From: Cystobasidiomycetes sp. EMM_F5
Taxonomy: Eukaryota
Assembly: GCA_051047955.1 (NCBI GenBank)
Contig: JBPGPT010000043.1
Location: 62,001-109,750, forward strand
Direction of reading: 5' to 3'
DNA: 47,750 bases
The stretch's first letter is position 1, and every line of letters begins with the position of its first letter. Positions 39,471 to 47,750 of the stretch are shown piece after piece. A model generated the notes under the pieces. The model saw only the letters and a program-made list of their open reading frames with translations. It was not told the origin of the DNA and made no database searches. The position numbers and the translations under genes were made by a program.

Positions 39471-39800
39471 CTAGTCGTCCATTGCGATGGCGAAGCAGGC
39501 AATACACGGTCCAAATATGCATATGAGAGGAGCGAGAATCACGGCCAAAGCTAAGTCCAGGACTTTTAGAATTACGGCGGCCAGGATGACAAATGGAGCA
39601 ATCAGGATTGCAGTTACTATAGCCAGCAGCCACCCTCCGAAGCTTTCGGGCTTGTGCAGGAGATGCTGCAGCGGTCGTTTCCACCACTTCATCTTGGTCG
39701 CCGGCTCATCTGTCTGTGCAGTCGTGGTGGCAGCCTCGATGTCGCTTAGCATGATGTCGGATGGTCTAGAGCCGGGCATCTGGGCTGAATTGTCAGCCAT
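39471..39800 (-). CDS. Small hydrophobic membrane protein, paralogue A of local cluster
   Basis: Intronless; WWKRPLQ motif, long hydrophobic segment, CIFGPCIAC tail; clearly similar to 40117-40431. Confidence 0.7.
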   Translation of the reverse strand: MADNSAQMPGSRPSDIMLSDIEAATTTAQTDEPATKMKWWKRPLQHLLHKPESFGGWLLAIVTAILIAPFVILAAVILKVLDLALAVILAPLICIFGPCIACFAIAMDD

Positions 39801-40116
39801 GGACAGCACAGCGAAATGAAGATACCGACAGCTCCCGTTGTCATAGTGATCTGAAATGTGAGAAATGCAGTAATCTGTGTGCAGTGATGTCCGGGTGTGA
39901 TTGGAATGGTTTGACAGGGAAGAGAGGAGGCATGCGAGAAAGAAATTGGTAGACGCGTAATGGTGCTGGCATGTAGGCTGTGCTGATCACTGCGTTCAGC
40001 GACACAGCAGGAAGCAGTAGCGGTACAGCTGTTGTGCCCCAGTCACGATTTGTTTGACTGCGAACGATTAGATGATGTTGTTTGACCGCACAGCCATGCT
40101 TATCAGATGCAAACAT

Positions 40117-40431
40117 TCAGCCAAGGGCATCAAGTATGGAGAGAATGCAATCGCAGCATGCGCCTATCGGCTCAGATAGCCGGCTCAGGCAGGCGAAGAG
40201 ATGGCGAATAGCCACAAAGAGTAGTTCCAGTATTTTCCAAACGAGGGCCGCCATAAGAACGAAGGGAGCGATGAAAATGGCGGTAAGGAAAGCCAAAAGC
40301 CATTCTGTGTATGTTTGCGGCTTGTTTAGAATAGGTTGCAGGGGTCGCTTCCACCATGTCGGCTTCTGCACTGGCTCGTCTGTGACTGTATGTGGGTTGC
40401 CAGCTTCGACATCGCGTAACTTAATCTCCAT
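40117..40431 (-). CDS. Small hydrophobic membrane protein, paralogue B
   Basis: Shares TDEP...WWKRPLQ..L.KP...WLLA..TAI.IAPFV..AA...K.L with paralogue A; ACCDC tail. Confidence 0.7.
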   Translation of the reverse strand: MEIKLRDVEAGNPHTVTDEPVQKPTWWKRPLQPILNKPQTYTEWLLAFLTAIFIAPFVLMAALVWKILELLFVAIRHLFACLSRLSEPIGACCDCILSILDALG

Positions 40432-40480
40432 TATTCGTGTGTGAAGACGCCTGAAAACGGCATTTTAGCTGAAAGAATGT

Positions 40481-40525
40481 AACCAAACGACCGCAACCAA
40501 ACGACCGCAACCAAACGACCGCAAC
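40481..40525. repeat. 14-nt tandem repeat x3
   Basis: AACCAAACGACCGC three times, immediately upstream of paralogue B. Confidence 0.9.
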
Positions 40526-40800
40526 TTACAGCTCCGGCAGTCACAGTATAAATTTGCACGAGATTTTGATGATCTTCTATGGCTTGATGCAACGCTGCAA
40601 GGGAAAGAAAGAGAATGTATACGAAACAGCTTTGCTTGATAGGGGAAATGCCCGATAGGTATTCCGCGTGTGGGCTGTGCAGTCACAACTGATTGTCCTA
40701 CAGCCATTATGCGTTAAACGGCGATGTCCAAGCTTGTCCAACGGTTGGGGACGGCACAGCTGTCTTGACAGGGCATCACATACCGTCCAGCATGCACATA

Positions 40801-41253
40801 TCACATGTCTCTGAAGGCACAGAGGATGCACGGTCCACAGCATATGCACAGAAGCGATTTCGCGATTGCTCTCAATGCTACCTTGAGTCCATAGCCAATG
40901 ACCACGAGAGGGATGGCAACCACGGCGAACAATATTTGAGCTGCGGTAACGACTCCCTTCTTCACAGGTTGTGCGATCCGTCGAGCTAGCTTGCGCAGTC
41001 GGCTCTGCTGGTTCTGGCTAGCCGGCGTCTGTGTGACTATGACTGGATACCGGTAAACATTTGTCTGGTTATCGAATGCTGACCGTTGCCGGGGCCGTCC
41101 TGCAGGAGCATATGAAGCGCGCGGTGACGCTGGAGCTATACCTAGCAACTCAGCGCCAATGACAGATCTTTTGGAGGCGTCAGCACATAAGGCGCACGGC
41201 GCACCGTTCGCGGCAGCAATGACTTACGATGAGCGACTCGATGTTCTCTCCAT
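40801..41253 (-). CDS. Small membrane protein with Cys-rich tail (distant paralogue C); 5' exon structure uncertain
   Basis: Basic stretch, hydrophobic segment ILFAVVAIPLVVIGYGL and CICCGPCILC tail; candidate ATG at 41253 followed by a GTAAGT donor. Confidence 0.5.
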
Positions 41254-41565
41254 TTTCAGGAGGATTAACGAGATGGATGAAGAAGCTTAGTAGGGCAAGT
41301 TGTGTGGAGGTGACACTTGCCAAATTGCGCTGCAGCTACGTCTATTGACGTATAAAACGGTCGCTGCGAGGCAGCTTAAAATGGCTGAACCCATGTTATA
41401 CGGTCTGTTAGCAAGTCGCCGAGGAAAGCATCTGCACGTTAGTCAAAGGTGGGAGACGGTATCAAGTTTACATCAGTCCACTTTTCACTTTCAAAGCGTA
41501 TTCGAAGTCCATGATTGCGAATAGCTTGTCTCGACGTTCCTCTCAGACCATGTCAGCTGCGTCCA

Positions 41566-42690
41566 ATGAGCAATGTGCCGTCCTCAGGAATCGATGAAAG
41601 CAAAGCTGGCCGGCGACCGACAAAGAGAAGGTCAGCAGAAAGAAAGACAGGATTATCGAAAGACGACGATATCGCAGCTGACTGCCATGACTGGGGTTCC
41701 AGAAAGCTGAAGCCGCTCGGCGAGCCATTCCGTGAAGCCTGTATGTCTGCGCTGCGATGCAGAGCCCTAACATGCGAAGCCAGCCTCATTGGTTCCTTGA
41801 CAAGCCCGACCTTCTGACGACCCTGCCTTACATCATGGCCGGGTTCGCGCCAGCCCGCACATACAAGGACAATGGTCTACGCATGTCTACATAGAAGGTG
41901 TGTCTGCAAGATGTGAGCCAGTTACGGCTCGCTCAATTGCGTATTATCATCCTCAGTACATGTCAATGCGGAGCTTCGCCAGGCACTCGAAACGGCCATT
42001 CAAGCGTTTAGGGAACAAATGCAGGTTCTGACATCCGATATACTACCTTTGATCGGGAGCGTGGAAGAAGCTAGCTCGCTGCATCTCAGCCTATCGCGCC
42101 CGCTGCAGTTGTGGACAAATGAACGAGCCGACTTTCGCCAGGCGGTAAGAACGGCGCTACAGAATCAAGCAAGGTAGGCGAAGGTAGCACTTTGCGCTGC
42201 CTGTACCCCTGAGCCTAGGCTAGTTTTCATATAAGCCTCGCGTCTTTCATGCATTTGGATAACGACGACAATTCGCGAAGCTTTCTCTGCTGCGAGATTG
42301 GTCACGGCTTTGCCTCGGTAGGGAATTCTGCGTCTTCCTAGACTGCTGCGCTTCCTAAGGTCGTTGCAGCTTCAGACAATCACCGAACGAATAGATGATG
42401 TGCTGAAAGAAAAGAGATTACCGCCGTATTATGCCGAGCCTCGCTTCCATGTCAGTATAGCTTGGTGGATCCCCAAGAGCACTACATCAACACCAACAGA
42501 GCCGCCATCCGCGTCCCACCATAAGAGCAGTGGCGAGGGTCCGGATTCTTCGATTACGGAGATGCCCACCCAAGCCTTGGGTATAATCAACGAACAGTAC
42601 GGGAAATTGATTCGCGGATTTATCATGCCAGTCAGACAGATAACAGTCAAGATAGGGCAAGACATTCACGTCAATGAGTTACGTCCGTAA
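41566..42690 (+). CDS. USB1: U6 snRNA 3' phosphodiesterase Usb1/Mpn1 (2H family); start uncertain
   Basis: DDPALHHGRVRASPHIQGQWSTHVY, first HxS motif LHLSLSRP, second HxS motif YYAEPRFHVSIAW, C-terminal VKIG. Confidence 0.88.
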
Positions 42691-42810
42691 CTATCTCAAG
42701 TAGCTGTTTCATATTAGAAATCGGTTAAAGTGCGGAGTATGCTACATTTTGCTAGCGATTGCAATGTCCGTTGGTGACTAATATGGCTGCACAAACACTG
42801 AACAGACAGG

Positions 42811-45212
42811 TCACGCCTCGCCCATTCCCAGTTGTATCTACAGGCGACTGTATCAGCGAGTGCCGCTTCCGCGCAGGTATGCGACGCAGACTGACCAATG
42901 CATACACGTCGGCGATGACGGTCAAGCAAAAGAGACACCACCCAATAGTCATGATGAAGTAGTTATTGGCAAAGCTTGCGGTACCGATCTTTGCTGCCCG
43001 ACTGCCAAACGGATTGATCGCGCGCAACTTATCCATCATGTTTGTGGAGGACCAGGATAACCGCACAGAGTCCATCGCAGTGCGTATGCGATGTCTCAGG
43101 GTCATTCCTGAATCATCAATCTGTTCTCGAACCGAGTCAGACTCGGATGAAAGCAGGACAGACATGCGCTGGTTTGAACTTGTGTAGTATAGTAGCCTTA
43201 AAATTGCATGTGTCAGTCTGCAGCTTTTATCTGCGTACCTAGCGGCAGATACTTACGGGAACATGACAAAGGGCAATACGATACTCAGCGTCACCTGTGA
43301 CGCCACGAGAAGGGTGTTTACGCCAGACTGCCCGACAGATGCCGAGACAACCAGGGAAGGAATCATACCGATCAAGCGGGTGATTATGCGACGCTTCCAC
43401 GGTGTTGTACGCCATTCGATAAACCCTTCGCTGACGACTTGCCCTGCCAACGTGGCAGTGATGGATGCGGCTTGCCCGCTCATCATGAGGGCCAGGGCGA
43501 AGAGGTATGCAAACGCTAAGGTAGGCTCAACAGTCAGATGACAGTACCAGCCCGGAACAGCAGATTATGCCTACTTTGACCGATACTACTCTTGATGAGG
43601 GCGAAAGCGCTGAACAGGTTGCCATCTTGCACCTCCGATGTGTCAGCGTCCCCGCTTCCGTAGTAGAAAGCAGCGCCGGCGACAATGAGAATAGCAGAAT
43701 TGACGACGAGAGCAAAGCTAAACAAGCTGACCATAATATCGATTTGAGCGTGATGAACGTGTAACTTGATGGAGCGGAGAGACCGCTTCTTTGACTCGTC
43801 GCGAGGCTGTATCGGCATGATTGGCAGAGGCGTAGGCTGTGGCATATGTAACGAAGGGCCCATCATGTAGGAAGTACTGCGTGACCGGCTTCTGGGCGAT
43901 GACACCGAAGCCAATGCAATGTCACCAGACTGAGGCTTTGGCTCGTCTTTCGCTACTTCTGCATCATCAACGTTCGGCTCGCTGGCATCGACCTCGTCAC
44001 ATGTATCCATTCTCTCGATGGTGCCCAATTTTGAACCCAGAAAGAGCGCGTGAGGCATGACGGTTGCGCCGATTATGCCAACGGAGATGTATAACGCTCC
44101 GTTGGCTACAATGTCATTAGACGGCAGGTAACCTTCGAATACGTCCGACCAGTCTGGCGCCAGTCGGACGAGGAGAACGATGAAAGCCGCCAGGACTGTA
44201 AGTACAAGAACTGCAATGAGAATTTCGAAAGCGGTTATACTACGATTGCGTCGTTCGGACGGATAAGAATTGAATGCCAGTAAGACAATGAAGACGTCCA
44301 GAGATGTGAGCAAAACTCCGCCCCACAGCGGTATTTGCGGAATGAGACTGGTAAGATGCGAGATTAGGTGTGGGTCATCTGGGTAGGTATATGACCTCTC
44401 CACGCACAGGTTGAAAGCTGTTGCAGTACCGAGCAGCTCGGCTAGGTCGGTAAATATGATTGCGGCTGTCACTAGGCTCAGCTTGTGAACTATCGCATGG
44501 CGACCCGCTCTCACATTCTGCGATGATGTACAAGGGGTAAAGAACGGCCCATCGCCAGAACAATGTATGCCGCTTCCGCGAGTGAAGTGATTGCCGACAT
44601 AGTGAAGCGATGTCTACCATCAGCAGGATCCCATCAGACATCTGTAGTCTTGGCGCGTCTTGAGAAACCGGACAGTACCTTTTCCAGTCACAATACCTAA
44701 TCTTGCAGCGAGGACTTGCATAAGTATTCCGACGAGGCCAGCGAAGAGAACGATAAACAGCAGCTTGTAGCCAAATCCTGCTCCGGCGGCCAGATCCGTC
44801 GCGTAGTTGCCTGGGTCATTCGTTCAGTCTAGCTCTCCGGCCGTTCACAAGCTAATTGGCGCTCACCTGGATCAATGTATGCGCTACTGGCGATTAAGCC
44901 AGGACCAAGGAAGCGCAAGTGTCGTCGGCACCAGGCGATAGTTTTGGCAGTTCCTCCTCGCCACCTGTCGGGTCTGCGACTTCCAGGCGGACTTGGAGTG
45001 TTGATTATTTCTGAACTGTGCGGTGTATCCTCGTCTCCATGTCGCAGTATCCCGTCATTGTGGACGGGCAGCTCCCGTTCTTCATTGTCATGGTCGTCGA
45101 GCCCTGGCGTTTCTGATTCTTTCCTCGCATCTTGGCAAGACAGGGATGTCTGAATGGCCTGCCCTCTGGCCAGCCAGTCTGCGCGGTGCGAAAGCTGCCG
45201 TGGTCCTTGCAT
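42811..45212 (-). CDS. NRAMP-family divalent metal transporter (Smf1/Smf2-like)
   Basis: [22 protein letters not shown] (DPGN), [46 protein letters not shown]. End inferred from a last intron giving IQLGMGEA*. Confidence 0.93.
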
Positions 45213-45464
45213 GGCCAGCTATCAGATGTCCAGGCTCGTCTTTGGTAAGGCTAGCCTTGAATCAGCATCACCTTTGTTTGGGCGGCAGTCGAACCATGTC
45301 GAATCGCATTTAGACGCCGTAATCCGATTAAAACATACACATTTACGCAATGGACGAGCGACTGATGCGGGAAACTACTGCACTACTGCTTCTTCTGGCT
45401 TCCTCCCTACTTTCCAAGACTTTCTCGTTTCTCGTCCGTAGCTTGCTCTTCTTACTGAAGACTC

Positions 45465-47592
45465 TCAGTGAATACTCGTGTCGATTCCCAGCTGGTCGAG
45501 CTCATCCCTAAACAGCCCAATTCGTTCAACAGCATACGACAGATAGTCAAAGTCTCCGATAGCGGGCAGTTTGAGCGAATCTTCTTCTTGCCCGTGTGCA
45601 GGTTTGACTGATCCATTGTGCGGGTGATTGTTGGAATGCGGTATCGCTCCACCTGCATCTACATGCTGAACAATCTCTCCACTCTTTCCTCGCTCCATGA
45701 TCGGGCGATGCAGAGGCGCCACTCCGTCCACTAGCGATTTGGCATTTCGCTCACGGAATCTAGCGACTTTGTCCTCTGCTTGAGCTGCACTCTCCGGGTT
45801 TACAATCCAGTCTTCGATATGTCGGAGAATATCGTCGGTCGCTTGTACGATACTCCATACGGTGTACATTGCATGACTGGCTGCCGTCCAAAGCTGTACT
45901 TCATCCTCGAGACGTCGGACACGTGGATCATCCTGCTCGAGCGATACGCTCGTTTCTGCTGATGCATCGTCAGCGTCTACACCGCCGTCTAGCGGGAGGT
46001 AGGCGCGGTAGAATCGTTGTCGCTCTTCTGGAGTCGGTCCACTGCCGTGCTTTGTTACGCTATGCGAGAGCGTAGGATGGTGGTAGTCTGTCCGCCACTC
46101 GAGGAAATGGTTGGCAATGTCGAAACCGCGCGGATTGATACCGGCATACTCAAAGTCGCTATATTTCAGGAGACATGGGCTCAGCGTTTCCAGCAGGGTA
46201 CGGAAACGTGCATTTGCAGCAAGGCTTACACCACGATAATCATCTCATGCGGGGCTCTCAAGCCGGGGACCATCTCCTCTGTTCCGTTGGGGGTGAGACG
46301 TAGTAGATTACCGCATTGGGCATCGTTATGAGCTTTTTGTACGTATTCGATCAGTAATGTCAAAGACGCATTGGTGACTGTCAAGCTCACCAAAAACCCT
46401 CTTGCTCTTGCCTTGACGAGCTTCAAACTCGGCGATATACCGCTTATAGCGTCTAACCTCCCTTGCGAAACTCGATAGATCCAGCAGAGTTCTGCATGTC
46501 TTTAGCAGTGATGGCGCAGAGAGTGGATTGACATCCTCGAGCAGTGACGAATCGACTGCTTCCTGATTCGCCCCATCCACAGCATTCTGAAGTGTATCGA
46601 CCTTTTTGAGCACTCTTCTCGCTTCTCTTGTCCACGCATCTATGTTTTGCCAAACGACGCTCCGAGGTCTTTTCGCTCTTGAACCCTCCAGACTAAAGTC
46701 ACTTCGTGACGACAGCGACGAATTTGACCTCTTCTTCCGTGGAGCATCCCCTTCGCTCAGTCCTGGTCGTGAAAAGGTTCGTGCGCGAAGGTAGGGAGAC
46801 CGTCCGAGCGTAGACGAAGAACTGACTGATGCTGAAGAATAGGCTGAAGAGAAACTAAAGACAGACGAAGTGGAAGATGTGGACAGTAGAGAAGCTTGAG
46901 AACCTGGATGTGTGGGATCCGCTTGGGAGAGCGGTGTTGCCCCTGGTCGTATTGGACCATGGTAGGGAGAGGGAGAAGATCGCATGGGGCCATAGGAGGG
47001 TGACGCGTCTCCACTTTTCTGCGAAGAGCGAGACGTAGATCGTGTCGGATAACGACCTGCTTCTCCTTGAGACTCGGGAGGCAACTCCATCACTGCGATT
47101 TCGACACTGTGCAATTCGCGCATCCGCCTCGCTATCCAACGGGACGTCCGAGGATCTCGCATCTCCTCCTTGTACAGCGCCCTGCTCTCAAAGTACTCTT
47201 CTACTCGCCCGTTGGCAAAGGTGCCGAGAATAGCGGGACCGATAGAGTATACTGCACTGAGCGTGTTGAGGACGTGCAGCTCTTTCCTTCTCGAGACGAG
47301 ATTGCCGGAAGAGGGCCCGTAGATTCGCAAAAGGACCGTCGGAGGTAGGAGGGTGTCAGATGAAGGTGGTGCGCTTGGCATGGCAGACGAGGACGACGTG
47401 CTGGACGACGATTCATCCCCAACCATCGGATAGGATATAAAGAAGACTGCATTCGTGAGGGACCCAGACACTTTATGGATATTCATCTGCTTGTGGGAGG
47501 CCGTCTCTGGCAAGTCTTGCCATCCAAACACTTTCAAGTCTAGTCTGAGGATGCGAAAGAGGTCTATTGCAAAGCTGTCTGTTTTGTACTGC
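45465..47592 (-). CDS. Choline/ethanolamine kinase; 5' exon(s) lie beyond the window edge
   Basis: KVSGSLTNAVFF, LLRIYG, LGTFANGRVEEYF, Brenner-type HNDAQCGNLL, NPRGFDIANHFLEW, WTAASHAMYTVWSIVQA, FDYLSYA. Confidence 0.9.
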
Positions 47593-47595
47593 CTG

Positions 47596-47750
47596 GAGAG
47601 TGAGAGTGAGGTGAGAGAGAGGAGAAGAGGAAGAGGAAGAGGAAGAGGGAGGAAGAGGGAGGAAGAGGAAGAGGGAGGGGGAAGAGGAGGAGGAGGAGGA
47701 AGAGGAAGAGGGAGGAAGAGGGAGGAAGAGGAAGAGGGAGGGGGAAGAGG
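47596..47750. repeat. Polypurine/polypyrimidine (GAGGAA-type) low-complexity repeat inside a kinase intron
   Basis: At least 150 nt almost exclusively G/A on the plus strand, abutting the CTCTCCAG acceptor on the minus strand. Confidence 0.92.

Noticed and set aside
40481..40525. Short repeat array as possible CRISPR or mobile-element end
   Set aside because: Head-to-tail 14-mer with no spacers in a eukaryotic context; a simple minisatellite.
41566..42690. Functional link between USB1 (U6 processing) and the spliceosomal-intron tRNAs
   Set aside because: 20 kb away and separated by unrelated housekeeping genes; nothing in the sequence supports clustering.

Overview
Gene-dense, intron-rich fungal genomic DNA. 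Short GT-AG introns with CTRAY branch sites, micro-exons and the gene content point to a basidiomycete yeast (inference, possibly Pucciniomycotina). There are about 20 protein-coding genes: 3' half of a Ycf1/MRP-type ABC transporter, a Zn2Cys6 transcription factor, Tgl2-like lipase, a small mitochondrial-type protein, Mso1-like protein, Mei2-like RRM protein, Rab5-type GTPase, Tim13, Tra2-like RRM protein, Ecl1-like protein, TAF7, SCAMP, glucosylceramide synthase, Gwt1, Neo1 flippase, Pfa4, three small Cys-tailed membrane proteins, Usb1, an NRAMP transporter and a partial choline/ethanolamine kinase. The standout is a gene-poor island (about 17.5-22.5 kb) with two convergent tRNA-Leu genes: CAA at 20309-20471 (+) and TAA at 21141-21282 (-). 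Each is interrupted in the D-arm by a 55-60 nt insert with all the signals of a spliceosomal (mRNA-type) intron: GTAAGC/GTGAGG donor, CTGAC/CTAAT branch site and YAG acceptor. Removing exactly the GT...AG segment restores the cloverleaf. The CAA gene also keeps a canonical 37/38 tRNA intron, so it would need two different splicing machineries. All exon/intron calls were made by eye and are unverified by expression data or database searches.
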